Origin: Lama glama
Lineage: Eukaryota
DNA: 64,000 bases
Direction: 5' to 3'
NCBI GenBank assembly: GCA_028534125.1
Contig: CM052818.1
Location: 46,688,001-46,752,000, forward strand
Made by a program: the position numbers and the translations under genes. This document shows, piece by piece, positions 24,665 to 37,859 of the stretch (the first letter of the stretch is position 1; every line of letters begins with the position of its first letter). The notes under the pieces were generated by a model. The model searched no databases, had not been told where the DNA came from, and saw nothing but the letters and a program-made list of their open reading frames with translations.

Positions 24665-25675
24665 GTACTTACGGAGCGTCACTCTGCGTGTCACTGACGG
24701 GCCGGGTTTAACTCCCCGAGGTCACGTCGGCGCGTCCACGTCCTCCTCCGGCCGATCGGCGAAGAGCACTGAGCGGGCGGGCGGGGCGGGGCGGCCCCCC
24801 GGGCCGGGCCCCTCTGCGGAGGACAGGCGGCGGCAAAACGACGGGGAAGCGCTCCCCGAAACTGCCGCGAACTGGGGAAGCAGTGAAGTAGGGTAGTGGT
24901 CTCGAGAGGAGGTAGGAAGTGGGCTGCCTCGGCGGTCAGCTAAGCTCAGCCTTCGCCTTGCGGTTTCCCTGTCAAGTCCGTTCATCACGGGCTAAAATGC
25001 ATCTTTGTTGCGAAACTTGCCACGTGTTACCCCTGTGAGCGCCCTCTCTCGTGTTTCCAGTTCGTATCCACACTGTTCACAGGTATTCACGTTCTTGTTA
25101 TTACCTGCTGTTAGAGACGGGTGGGTTCTTTCTTTGTACGTTCTGGGAGGAGGCAGGACAGGCGAGGGTCAGGAATAAACACGAAAGTCAGAGAACACGA
25201 GGAGTAAGGGGAGGGTGAGAGGGAGAGTAAACTAGGGAAAAACCAGGGCAGGGTACGAAAAAGAGAAGACAAGCCAGGGAGGAAACATAGTAAATAGAGA
25301 ACGCTCTACTAAAAGGAGCCGCACTCGGGAAAAGCAGTACCTGTGAGGTCTACCAGTTTTAAGGGCGTCTGGTTTGGTTTGGTGGTAAAAGTATTTTTTG
25401 GTTGTTAACGTCTTTTTCTTCTACATACTGTCTACCTTATTTCTGTAAGTTGGGAAGCCATTTTATTATTGTGTGTTAATAACTAAGACAACAATGTCTT
25501 CATTTTACAGTAAGTCCACACTCGACCCTTGTATCTGCCTATTTCAGCAACTGTAATTCCTTTCTTTTCCCCGGAATTCCTTTTAACATTTTTAAAGAAA
25601 TTCTCATCCCCTGCTTTTCCATGCTTGGTATTTACCACCGTGACCTGGAAACCCTCACAGCCTTTCTGTCAGTGC

Positions 25676-26145
25676 AGCGGTTCTCAAATATTTTTTTAAA
25701 CCTCAGAATCCTTTTACGCTCTTAAAAATTATTGAAGACCCCAAAGAGCTTCTGTTTATATGTTTTCTCTGTCAGTAGTTACTGTATTAGAAATAAAAGT
25801 GAGAAACTTTAAAAAATACTTACTAATTTACGTTAAAGCAAACCAGTTCCATGTTAACATAAATAACATCTTTAGGAAAAATGATAGTATTTTCCAAAAC
25901 AAAACATATTTCCTGAAAATGATACTGCTTTGCAACTCTTTTTAATGCCTGGCTTAACAGAAGACAGCTAGATACCCATGTCTGCTTCTGCATGAAATCT
26001 CTGGGGATATCCCACATGGTGGAGGCCCTGGGAACTCCACTGTGAGAATGAGCGTGACGAGGCAAAGGACATCTTCATATTCTTACGAAAATAGGTTAGA
26101 CCTTGTGGATCCCCCGAGAAGGGACACACGTACTGCATTTGAGCG
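25676..26145 (-). mobile_element. hAT-Charlie1-like DNA transposon remnant
   Basis: CAGCGGTTCTCAAA terminus and CTCTTAAAAATTATTGAAGACCCCAAAGAGCTT internal motif. Confidence 0.7.
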
Positions 26146-26651
26146 CAAGGGTGTCACTGTCTTTGCAGGCTGAATTAGGTCTCAGGGAACCTTCTCAAGG
26201 AGGTGGGTCATTTTCTCCCTGTGGAAGGAAGACTCTGCCTTATTTCTGCTTTGTTTCAAACTTTGCTTTTATCCCTTCTTAAACTTCCTTGATTCTTTTT
26301 GTTCAATTTCCTTCCTCTTTTTCCCAGTCTTTACTTTTCACTCCTCATTTATTAGCTTTTCTGAGATCTGAAGCAATTCTAATCCTAAATCGTCACACTG
26401 GAAATCAAATATTTAAAAATATTTTCTTTCTCTGTTTACTTGGACCTGGCTGTTGGCCTCCTGGCTTCCATTTCTGTTCACTTGGATCCTGTATTTATCT
26501 TTTTATCTTTTCCATTGCACTCTATACTTTTCCTTTTAAATTCTTTTTTTTTTTGTATTTTGAGTATATTTTCTCTGAATTGAAATTTGACAGAAACATC
26601 ATGTTGTATAAGTTGAGAGAGATGCTTTTTAACATACACTGAAGACTTGAG

Positions 26652-26743
26652 TTTTTTCCCCCCCAGTGGAGGCACTGGGGATTGAACCCAGGACCTCATG
26701 CATGCTAAGCCTGCGCTCTACCACTGAGCTCTACCCTCCCTCC
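26652..26743 (-). mobile_element. tRNA-Ala-derived SINE (Vic-1-like)
   Basis: Reverse complement GGGAGGGTAGAGCTCAGTGGTAGAGCGCAGGCTTAGCATGCATGAGGTCCTGGGTTCAATCCCCAGTGCCTCCA. Confidence 0.85.
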
Positions 26744-27158
26744 GAGTATTTTATTTTTGAAATATATCTTAACTCTCATCTTTCTCTTTTCTAAGAGGAA
26801 TTTTTTATATTTTATCAATGAGGTGACTTTTGCCTTAAATAAATTGCCTTAAATAAATAAAGTTTGAAGTTTCGAAAACAAGTCCCAAGGTTATTTAATA
26901 TAAACTTAATTATACTTTAAAATATTAACAATAAACTAATTGTATTAAAATTTGTATAATGCTTTCTAATAACAGTAAAATTATTCATAAATTCAGAGCT
27001 TTCATTAAACTGATATGCAAAATTCTTTTAAAAGATTTTGATATTTTAAGGTCTAAAAATTCTTACTGTACATATATATATTTCCTAAGCTAATGTTTAT
27101 CATGCCTTTTTTGGTTTATTTGAATTCTTAAATGATTATTATTTTCTTGTCTTTACAG

Positions 27159-28418
27159 TCGCAAACCCGCAGAACCCCAAGTCTTTCGAGTCTCAATTCC
27201 CAGGATTCCAGTATTGAAATTTCAAAGCTTACTGATAAGGTGCAGGCCGAGTATAGAGATGCCTATAGAGAGTACATTGCTCAGATGTCCCAGTTAGAAG
27301 GGGGCCCAGGCTCCACAGTCAGTGGCAGGTCTTCTCCGCACAGCACGTACTATATGGGTCAGAGTTCGTCAGGGGGCTCCATTCACTCGAACCTAGAACC
27401 AGAGAAAGGGAAGGATAGTGAGCCAAAGCAAGATGATGGAAGGAAGCCCTTTTTCATGAAGAGGGGAGACGTTATAGACTATTCCTCATCAGGCGTTTCC
27501 ACTAACGATGCCTCGCCCCTGGATCCCATCACTGAAGAAGACGAAAAGTCAGATCAGTCAGGCAGTAAGCTGCTCCCAGGCAAGAAGTCCTCAGAAAGGT
27601 CGAGTCTCTTCCAGACAGATCTGAAGCTGAAGGGCAGTGGGCTGCGCTATCAGAAACTCCCAAGTGATGAGGATGAATCTGGGACAGAAGAATCTGACAA
27701 CACTCCGCTGCTCAAGGACGACAAGGACAGAAAGGCCGAGGGGAAAGTCGAGAGAGCGCCGAAGTCTCCAGAACACGGCGCAGAGCCCATCAGAACCTTC
27801 ATCAAGGCCAAAGAGTACCTGTCGGACGCCCTCCTGGACAAAAAGGACTCGTCTGACTCCGGAGTGCGGTCCAGCGAGAGCTCCCCCAACCACTCTCTCC
27901 ACAACGAGGCGGCCGACGACTCCCGGCTTGAGAAGGCCAACCTCATCGAGCTGGAAGACGACAGCCACGGCGGGAAGCGGGGGCTGCCGCGCAGCCTGAG
28001 CGGCCTGCAGGACCCCGCTGTGGCTCGCATGTCCATTTGTTCCGAAGACAAGAAGAGCCCTTCCGAGTGCAGCTTGATAGCTAGCAGCCCGGAGGACAGC
28101 TGGCCCGCCTGCCAGAAGGCCTACAACCTCAACCGCACACCCAGCACCGTGACCCTCAACAACAACAGCGCTCCGGCCGGCAGAGCCAGCCAGCACTTTG
28201 ATGAAATGGAGGGGATTAGGGAGGCTTCCCAAGCCATCCTGAGGTCTGGTTCCAGCTCCCACTCAACTGCTATTCAGAATGAGAATCTGAAAAGTATGAC
28301 ACATAAGCGAAGCCAGCGTTCCAGTTACACAAGGCTCTCAAAAGATTCTTCAGAGCTCCATGCAGTGGCCTCTCCTGATAGTTCAGGCTTTGGAGAAGAA
28401 AGAGAAAGCATTCTTTAA
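27159..28418 (+). CDS. KIDINS220: KIDINS220 terminal coding exon (kinesin light chain-interacting region; C-terminal PDZ-binding motif ESIL)
   Basis: TTTTCTTGTCTTTACAG acceptor. The 428-aa ORF 27132..28418 reads [18 protein letters not shown]...GEERESIL*, matching the recalled KIDINS220 C-terminus. Confidence 0.98.
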   Translation, partial: SQTRRTPSLSSLNSQDSSIEISKLTDKVQAEYRDAYREYIAQMSQLEGGPGSTVSGRSSPHSTYYMGQSSSGGSIHSNLEPEKGKDSEPKQDDGRKPFFMKRGDVIDYSSSGVSTNDASPLDPITEEDEKSDQSGSKLLPGKKSSERSSLFQTDLKLKGSGLRYQKLPSDEDESGTEESDNTPLLKDDKDRKAEGKVERAPKSPEHGAEPIRTFIKAKEYLSDALLDKKDSSDSGVRSSESSPNHSLHNEAADDSRLEKANLIELEDDSHGGKRGLPRSLSGLQDPAVARMSICSEDKKSPSECSLIASSPEDSWPACQKAYNLNRTPSTVTLNNNSAPAGRASQHFDEMEGIREASQAILRSGSSSHSTAIQNENLKSMTHKRSQRSSYTRLSKDSSELHAVASPDSSGFGEERESIL

Positions 28419-30126
28419 GAAAAACAAGCAGAAGTAGCGTAGGATTATTATACCCCCGTGGCGCAGTTGACTTGAGTCCTGGCGTGAACCCGTCCACGCA
28501 CGTCATCTCTGTACATTTCACTAGCACGCGGTTAGTGCGCGAGAAGGCCTTCCCGTGTGCTGTCCGAGAGAGGGTTCCCGCGTCAGCCTCTGTTGTCTTT
28601 GTAGTGAGCGCCTTAAACCCCACCGTTGTCATCATACCTTTCACTGGCAGATAATCCCAGACAAGATGGGAGTATAAAGATAGGTCGGAAATATTAAGTA
28701 TAAAAGGACTTAATTTGCCAACAAAACGAAAAGCTAGTGATTCCTTTTATAGAACACTAATGCATTAACATTTGATGGAAAGCATGATGTTAAATGAACC
28801 AGAAGCACATTTTGCTCTTAAGGAGTGAAAGGTCAGGATTTATAGGTCATGGAGTAGCCTAGAGACTGAAGGTTAATGCTCTGTGAGTTCTACATAATAG
28901 ACAAACTGCTTATCAAAGAGTTTTAAATGTTTAAGTAGAAAATATTAAAGAGGGCTTTAAAAATTGGTAAGGAAGTGAGTCAGCAGTGCCCAAAGTAGAG
29001 CCCTGGTAACTGGACCATTGAGAGTGAGGAGGAGAGTGTCCTGAGGGGAGGGAGGGCCAGTAACCACCCCCACCCCATGACCTGGACGCTCTTCTCCCCA
29101 AATCCCAGGCCTGGCTTCAGACACCATCCACTTGCCCGAGGGTCCACCCTGGTCTACTCTGTAACTCTTAAACTGTGTGCCCAGCTTTCCTTAGTGAGCC
29201 TAACAATGAGAAGAAAAAGATGAATTCTTTCTCTGGAGAATCAGGGAGACATGGAAAATGATAGGCACTAAAAATATGTATGGAATGGGGGAATGAGGAA
29301 ATAATCACATCAAAGAGTGAATCAGCAAGTGACAGGAAATATTTAATTAGGTAAAATGAAATCATTGGCTTCTCTACCAAGGCAGAATTTATCTACTTCA
29401 TCTATTCTTAAATCAGCATGTTAATTCTGGGGGAGGAGTGTAAGAAATACTTTCAGAAAAAAAATTTAAAACATGTAACAAAGCAAGGATAAAACGAAGA
29501 TAAATCTGGTGTGACTTTTTATGTATCGTTAGCAGCATTAAGAGAATGATCACATTAAAGTATCGTGTGGATGAGAAATGCACCGTCGTCATGTGTTGAC
29601 ATTTTTTTTTGCCGTTCTAACATAGCTTACTTGTGTAGAATAATTTTGGCAGTGTATCTTCAGTTACAGATACGATTGTAGATGGTGAGGTCGTAGATGA
29701 GCGATTATGTAGATTTAGTGTTACACTTCCGATGTTTTTCTAAACTTAGTGGATTTTTAAAATAAGCTGAACAGCTTATTATGTGACCGATCGTTGCATT
29801 AAAAAGTCGCTCTTTTGAGTTTCATTGTACTGATGTTTGTGTAATCTAACATTTTCATGAAGTGTTCATTTTGCATGAGTTTAGCAAATGTTTTAACCAA
29901 TTAAAAAAGGCAAGATATTATTGACAGTATATATTGAAATGTTAACATTTTAGCATTTATAATATTTATTAGTTTGCAATATTGTGTAATTAGTAATTAT
30001 TTCAGGGCCAATGTTTTGTTCCTTTTCAGGTGAGTAGATGCGGCTTAGTGTCATTGTAGTATATTCTTTATTCTGTTTGTGAAGTTACTGCCAATACAAA
30101 TAAGTGTACGAATAGATCTAGAAAAC

Positions 30127-30132
30127 AATAAA
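30127..30132 (+). terminator. KIDINS220: Probable KIDINS220 polyadenylation signal (3' UTR about 28419-30150)
   Basis: AATAAA about 1.7 kb after the stop, in AT-rich UTR-like sequence with T/GT-rich sequence downstream. The exact cleavage site cannot be determined. Confidence 0.6.
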
Positions 30133-32664
30133 AAAATTGCATGCTATTTGGACTCATGAATTTTTATTCACTATAGTGATGATTCAGATTTTGATAAAAA
30201 TAACAAAGTAATTTGTGTTTGTTTTGTTACATGCCTCAGGTTCTTAAAGTTCAGGTTCATGTAGCAGTCACGCAGCTGGCAGAAGTGCTCTGAGCTGCTT
30301 TCACTAGTCTTTTTGAAAGAGCTTGGCTCTTAGGTCCGGTGCCTGAATGGTGCTTTTGTGAGGCATTAGTGCCCCGCAGCACAGCTCTGTACCGTACAAG
30401 AAGTAGGTTATCCAGATCCCGGGAGGATGTCAGTTATTGTATGAACATCCTGGAAAAGTTTACTTTTTTGTATTGTTCTAGAAACTGACAAACCAGATGG
30501 GTTATTGAGTTACGCCATCATCCCTTTGAATCTACGTGTCTATGTGCGTGTGTATCTGTATCTGTTTATAATGTATAGCTCAGTCTGCCCCTCGCATATG
30601 CAAAACGCTGCTTTAAGCTGGGTAAAAAGTGATAGAAAAGAAAATCAGTGCTCTAAATTTGCTAGTCCCTTAGATTCTGCCTCAGAGTCTTTCCACGTTT
30701 TACACACTGTCTTACTTTAAGCCACAGATAGTCCTGTTCATGTGGCGTAATATTAAGTCAGATCCCTTCACCCTGGACGTGTGGCATGGTACTTATGCAT
30801 ACAGCCATCTGCAGGAGACACTAGAAACAGAAAGAAGCTACTGCTCACTCTCAGTTGATAAAACTTGCATGATGCTGACTGTTTAAGGGTCAGCTCTCAA
30901 AGTCTGGGAAATTTAAGCATTCATAACAACCAGTATTAACAGGAAAATTTGTCTTTGTGTTATATTTTATTTGTGTGAGTTTCATATAGCAGAATAATTT
31001 TAATTGCCTAACCAAGTAATTTTAGAAACTTATTTGCTAAAATTCTTATCTTAGATTGAGAACTCTGTAGATCATTTGCATGTTATATAGTTCTGAGTAA
31101 AATATATTTGTAATCATGATTTTTGCCTCTTACAAATACTAACCATTAGAAAATATTTTTGAGTGAAATTAAATCCTCTATTCTTCTGGCTAAAATACTA
31201 AATTTAGAAGGTCTTAAGTCTACATAATTTTTGGTTATACCAGGAATTCTCAGCCTATTTAGAAGTATCCTAGAGTTTAAAAATCCCTGAATTCCTGGCT
31301 AGCTCTTGAGTAAATCAACATAACTCCAGGAAAAGAAAGCTAGAGGGCATTGTCTCCTTTGCTTTCTAGATGAGTGTCTTTGAGGGGACAAGCCGGTAAA
31401 AAGGACGGTGCAATGAAATTAACTTCCTTGACAAACACTTGAGACGGACGCTCCAGGCTCCTTCCCCACCTGCACTGCTAGAATTACACTGACACTTGGC
31501 AGAAGGGAAGAAACAGCCCGGGAGACGTTTTTGCTTGGGGGTAAGGGGGGTTGGCTGGCCGGGTGGGCCATCTGCAATGGTTGCATTTTAAGTCTCCAAG
31601 TGATGGTGCCCCTTGCCCTTTGCTCCCTCTGAATTTGAAGCATAGACCATAATTATGCAAACGGATTGAAAAATAGAAAGTGATACATAAATGTTAGCCT
31701 GCACTTGGATGGCCTTTGAATGGGTCATCTCTTCAGAAAGGTTGAGAATCCTTGGTTGAGAATGATTAACTGGAAAGAGAATTAAAAATCTTACATATTT
31801 TAAACCCTTTCATGCCTAGGAAGAAAATGCTGCCCTTGAGATAGATAGATCTTCAAAGGATCCAGTTTAAACTAAGGTATGTAAAACTTTAGTTTTCAAA
31901 ATCAATTAGTTTTAAGCCACTGTTGAAACAGTTCTCACCAATTAGAGAATTTATACACTCACTACGTTAAGAAATAGAGTTAAGAAAGAAATATAGAACA
32001 TAATTGCTAGGATTCAACCATTGTCACTGACACGGTCAAGGCTTCTGAAGTGGAATTACCAGCAGAGCACAGCTGTGGTGACACCAGGCCCGTGGTGTCC
32101 AGTCTGTGCGGCAGGTGAGAGGTTTCCTGACGAGGGCCTCCCAGCGCTCAGAGCACAAGACCCTTTGAATGGGATCTGGCTCACTGTGTGATGAACTCTG
32201 CCCTGAATTTCTAGTTACAGTGAGGCATTAAGAAAATAAAGAATTTATAAGAATAAAAGGATCAGTCAAGACAGAAGAGCAATTATTTCCAGGCTGTTAG
32301 GAGGATGACTCTTTTAAAAGTCAATAAAAATGCCCATGATTTGACCTAACTGGAGTGAGGACCAACCAGAATGGGCCAAAAATGTGAATTACAGTAAAAT
32401 TGCGCAATAAAGGCAGTCTGGCTGTTTCAAAATACACAGAGTATTCTGACAACGTCTGTACAGGATGGCCAGCGGTCACTTGTTTACAAAGAATACCCTT
32501 AATTTCCTGAGGTTAATATGCCTTGCGTGGTGTTATTTATACCAGTGATGTATATGTTATGAGCCCTTTCTTGAAAGTTTTGCCAGGACTTAACAAAACA
32601 CAGAACAATATATCGAGCCATTATTAGAACTTGAATAAATGGAACTTAACTTTAAAAAAGAATA

Positions 32665-32717
32665 TATTGACACAACATTGTAAAACGATTATAAATCAAT
32701 AAAAAATGTTAAAGAAA
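32665..32717 (+). mobile_element. Extremely 5'-truncated L1 3' tail
   Basis: ATTGACACAACATTGTAAAACGATTATAAATCAATAAAAAATGTTAAAG(A)n flanked by TSD AAAAAAGAATA (32654-32664, 32718-32728) at a TTT/AAAA endonuclease site. Confidence 0.75.
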
Positions 32718-34329
32718 AAAAAAGAATACAGAACTGCCTGCTCCACATTATTTCAAGTTAAGCAGTTGTTTGAAATAATCAAGATCGTCTTGATTACCGA
32801 ATACCGTTGTCTAATTTTAACATGTGTTTTATACTTATTTACCTCATTTTCTTTCAAGGCCACAGGGCTCTAGATCTTAGTTCCCCGCCCACAGAGCGTT
32901 CCTCCTGGCAGTTCGGTTACCTTCTCACGCTGGGCTTCCTCAGCAAACACAAGGGGGTGAAGATGACTGCCTGCCGCTCGGTAGTCCTGCTGTGGAGTCG
33001 AGTGAGGAAGACAGATGTGTTCACCTCTGCCAGTTCTCTTTGTTCTTAGTAGTTGTGAAACTGGAACTACTTTCAGTTTTATAAAATTTTTATGAAATTT
33101 TAGATGAAAGCCCAAATGTATAGCAAAAAGCATGTAAGTAAACTACATAACCTGACATATATCTTATAGCATAAGATATGCTCCTTGGTCAAATGTCTAA
33201 TAAAAAGTTAGGTTGTAGTTTTCAAAATGATCATAGTTTATGACACTTGCACTTTTTAGCCGTGCTTCTGAGAACTTACAGATTGCATATGGTTGTGCTT
33301 AGTGCAAATTAAACTCTTTATTTTTAAAGGATTTATTTTCTTTTTGGGTTCTTCATGTGTTTTTTTCCCTCTCTCTCTATATTTTTTTTAACCTGAGTTT
33401 GATTTCACTCTTTCTGTGTCTTAAGTTTTTTTTTGGTGGGGGGGGGGTTGTCATGTACTCATCCTGTTTTACCATAAAATATTCCTTAGAGCATTAGAAC
33501 GGGAAAGGAACCCAAGCTAGCTTTTAGGCCAAACCCTGGATTTCAGCGAGCCAGTGGACATTCAGTCAGCACTTGTTAAGTGAGAGAATGAGATACACTA
33601 GAAGAGTAAACTAGAAGAGTCTACCCACAGATCCTAAAAATACAGAAGCTGAATGCCTTCACACGGGGAGTCTGTGCTTCATTCTTGCAGGCCCCACCCT
33701 TCCCCGGCACTTTATACCCACCCCCCACCTGTCTGGCCCTATAAACGCTTCTGTTTGTGACTCTGGGAATCAGTACGTAATCCTATGCCCTATTGAAAGC
33801 TCCCAAGGACGGATACCCACAGCCCATATTGATGAGTGCTGTCGTCAGAGTGCCAGGCTGTGTGCTCTTCGTGGGTGCATTTTAAAATCCTCTGTGTGTC
33901 TTAAGCCCTCTGTTTAGTCCTTTGCGGAGACGCCCATCTTATAAACTAATATAATTACAGAATCAAATTAAGATGGTTCAATTTACATTCTACTTCAGGA
34001 TATTGAAAATATTTTTAGGTATAAGTTAGCTGTGGTGAGCACGTTTTCTCTCAGCCCCAGTTGAGGTCTCATCATAATGAGGATGCTCAACTGCAGGACC
34101 ATCCCAGGAAACCTGGCAAGTGGGTTCACCCTTTCCCTAGCTCAGCTTTCCGAACTTTCATTTCCTCGTGTTATTTGTTATTGTCATTGGCCACCCGTCA
34201 TTGCTGTCTCACTCCTTAGGCTGACCGCTCTGAAAAACCTGAACTTGAATAAGCGTGTTGGGATCCTATACTGAGTATTTTTTTCTACATGATTGGGCCA
34301 TTATATGTTGATTGAAAAATCCTTTATTA

Positions 34330-34700
34330 AGGTTGGCTAACCACCATAACAACCACCCCAAAGTCTCATTGACTTAATACACATGAAGTTTATTTCTTAT
34401 TCCCTTAACAGTTCAGTGTTGGCTAAGTTGATGTAAAGATCCAGGGGCCCAGGCTGCTTCATCTTGTAGCTCCAGCAGCCTCTGAGGCTTCAGAGTCCTC
34501 GGCGCCATCCTCTGCCTTCTGTTGATGTACAGGGAGGAGAGAGGGTGGAGGACCACACGGGGGAAGTTTGTGCTGTCCAGGCACGGAAGCGCAGTACGCC
34601 TGTTCCATTGGCCTTCCTAAGTCACCTGCTTGTGCTGAGCTGCAAGGGGGTGGGGGGGATGAGATGAACTGTATGTCTTGGAAGCTAAGGTTTTGGTAGC
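34330..34700 (-). mobile_element. Old MLT1 (MaLR) LTR remnant
   Basis: CATAACAACCACCCCAAAGTCTCATTGACTTAATACA...AAGTTTATTTCT start and CCATTGGCC...GTCAC...CTGCAAGGG motif. Confidence 0.55.
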
Positions 34701-35724
34701 ATGTAGGAACTTGACCTGGATGATCTGTGCCAGATTCAATGCTGTGACTAATCTTGTTTTCAACTTTAGTACCAATTTATATCTGTTTTTGGAAGACATC
34801 ACTTTAAAATGTTACTTTGTATGCAGTTTTCCTTCTGGTGGGGAAATCTGTTAAAATCATAACACCTAACTTAGAAGGTTTTAGGGTTTTAGGGGAAGGT
34901 AGTTCTCAATTAGCCAGTTCTTTCCGTACATCTGAGAAACTTCGCAAATTCTGACGTGGAGCAGGTTGCAAGGAGAAGTCAGCAAGGTTAAAAATGGGGA
35001 GAAGAGTAAAGTTTCACAAATCCTCTGGAATCCTTTTTTTACTCTCAGCCATGCAGATCTGCCTGATTTTTAAGATTTGATGACAAACTTTCTGTTGCTA
35101 TCGATTCTTTCAATTTTCTTCCTCCTGGGACAGCGACAACCAGGATTCTCCTCCTTGTGCCTGGCAGATGTGGAAGGACGTGGTCCTGGGAGGCTCCTGC
35201 GCCTGTGCAGGGGTTGGTAGTGAAAGAGAAGCCAAACTTCTGTTAGTGGCCATTCCAATCCGGGAAATACAGCCCCAGCCTTAGCAGGCAGTGGGGAAAT
35301 TAGACTTGATGTCCACCATTTTGTTTTTAAACAAACTCGTCTGCAATCTGGCTCTACTGCCCCCTTTCCAGTTTTTTCCCGTTAGCACTTCATCAGTCCT
35401 AAAGTGCACTTGTTTTTTCTTTACACTTTGACTTTTCTGAGCTGTCTTACAATTGACAGCATCCATGGCAGCATTTTTCCCTTAATGTTTCCTTAAGTAG
35501 CGACACATCCTACGGTTGATGGAGTCCCGCCTGGATTGATGGAGCATGCTGCTACTTCAATCCATGCCATGGTCACGGTGAGTTGTATCTTTAGCGCTAG
35601 TAATAGACTAGTGATGCTTTACTGACCCCCCCAAATCCAACATTTTATGTTGACTGTTTGATCAGTTATTACTCATTCTGTATTCATTTTGGATGTTTAA
35701 AGTATTTGCTATACCTTTATTATA

Positions 35725-35935
35725 ATAAGAATAGCTTACATTTATTGAACACATTATGCGCCTGGCCTCCACATTTATTAACTAATTTGATTTTCACAAC
35801 AACCTCATGAAGTAATTACTGTTACCCTCAATTTACAAGTGAGAAACTGCAAGAGAGACCAAGTGGCTTCCCAAGCTCACACGGCTCCCGGACCCACGTC
35901 CAGGCCGCGGGCTCCAGTGCCCACTCTTTACATCA
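35725..35935 (-). mobile_element. MIR remnant
   Basis: TAGCTTACATTTATTGAACAC...CACAACAACCTCATGAAGTA...TTTACAAGTGAGAAACTG. Confidence 0.75.
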
Positions 35936-37033
35936 CATTATACTTACTGTTTTTCAGCTAGTTAAGGATGAGTCAGTTCTTCCATTTTTTCCAAGATACA
36001 TTTTAATTATAGCTTTATTTGTTGTATCATCATCATCTACTTGTTTTAAAATAGAGTTTGGGGTTTAAGAAAGATTAAAATCTTAAAAAAAATCTACAGC
36101 TGTGTAAATCATATTTATAGGGAAAAATCATTTTTTAAAAACATCAAACAGTTTTGTTCCTACCAGTTATTCTGCAACAATGTTCAATTTTTGGTTAAAA
36201 ATATGATTTTTTTTAAAGTGTCCTTTATCCCATTATTACTCATGGATTAGACCATTACTTTGAAGTTTGTACATAATGTTGGATATATTCATTTTATTTG
36301 CTGTCTTACTGTTGTGTGACGTTCACATACTTGCCCTTCTGTGCATCTGTTGTCAGTATTCTGTGCTAGATTACAATCTTAAATACCACAAAATGTGTTT
36401 TCCTTTATATTCTATTATTGAACAGCATGAAGGCTTAATAAATGTTAATAGATAAGTGATACATGTCTAAAAAATCATTACTGCAGTAGAGTTTTTTTTT
36501 TTTTTTAAAGATTCTGGTCACTGTCTCCAGAAAAGAAACTGGGCAAAATGGGACTCTTTATCTTTCATAATGACAACTACTGGCTAAAGGCAAGGGACCA
36601 ACAGACATGTCAGGCATAGTGGACAGACGGTGGGTTGAGATGGTGGTGGGTGACATTTTGCAGTGATACTGGGAGGCAGATACTTTTCCTGTCTTGTAAC
36701 TGGGGACCTAAAGCTGGGAGAGGTTAAAAACCTTGCCTGGGTGTTAGAGCAGAAATTTGAACTCCGGTCTAATAACAAAGCCAGTTACTGTAGCCTTCCC
36801 ACCTATGCCTTCTGCCTCTCTGGTGATGTGTGAGAACTCAGTTTGCAGACATTCGGGTGGTTCTGAGGGACGATCATGAGCGTGTAGCATGAGAGGAAAA
36901 CTTTGTGGTCATTTGGTCCAGCTCCCTCGTGTTTACAGATGAGGAAATTATCAAGTGGTCATATTATTACAAATAACGTTTGTGCTACATAGAATGGTTT
37001 GCCTTCAGCCCACTTTTAGCTTCATTTTACCTT

Positions 37034-37403
37034 CGTCTTAGCTCAGGCTGCTGTGACAAAGGGCCGTAGACTGGGTGGCTTATAAACAGCAGAATGTATG
37101 CCTCATGGTTCTGAAGCCTGGACGTCCACGATCAGGGTGCGGGCGTAGCCAGGTTCTGGTGAGCTCGCTCTTCCAAGTTACAGAGAGCCGGCTGCCCCTC
37201 GCGTCTTCGTGTGGCGGAGAGCAGGGGAGGATGGGGGCTCTCCCGTGACTTCTGTAAGGGCACTAATCCCACCGGGAGGGCTCCACCCCACGCCCTCATC
37301 TAACCCTGATTACCTCCTGCGTGCTGCACCTCCTTGTACCAGCTCTGTGTCCGGGAGGGTTTTGATATATGATTTGGGGGGACACAAACGTTCTGTCCCT
37401 AAC
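37034..37403 (-). mobile_element. MLT1A/B-like solo LTR
   Basis: GTCTTAGCTCAGGCTGCTGTGACAAA...AGACTGGGTGGCTTATAAACAGCAGAA...TTTGGGGGGACACAAAC...AACA. Confidence 0.85.
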
Positions 37404-37859
37404 AGTCCTCTTCCTCTGGGCCACCTTCTGGCCAGCAGAACCCAGTGTTTCATCATTAGACCTCTTAAGTGCTAACGTCCGCCTTGAATAGAAACTGCCT
37501 CCCAGCTTGCTGCTCCTCAGGTCCCACCGACATCTCCTCTGCTGGGGGTGCTGGTGCCCGCGCTCTGCTGCCAGGAGCCCCCAGCTCCGCGCCTCTGCAC
37601 TCAGGACACAGGTTCAGCCTCTCTGTCCACCTGCCGCTGCTGGGGGCCTGGCAGGGTCCAGGGAGGACCGTGTGGTCACAGGGCAGGGGCTCTGGCCACA
37701 CCTGGCTTTAGCACTAGGCCAAGAAGGTGGTTCTTGTGACCCTGCTCACAAGTCCAGATCCCTCTTGTCCGTGAACCCTCATCACTAGAAACCGGGTGCT
37801 CTTTCCTCCAGGACCTGTAGGCACTACTCAGACTTCAAAGCAGCCAGTGTGTCTTCCAG

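Noticed and set aside
27591..28262. 223-aa antisense ORF (and other overlapping ORFs) within the KIDINS220 terminal exon
   Set aside because: A shadow of a GC3-rich coding exon; non-ATG start and no recognisable protein.
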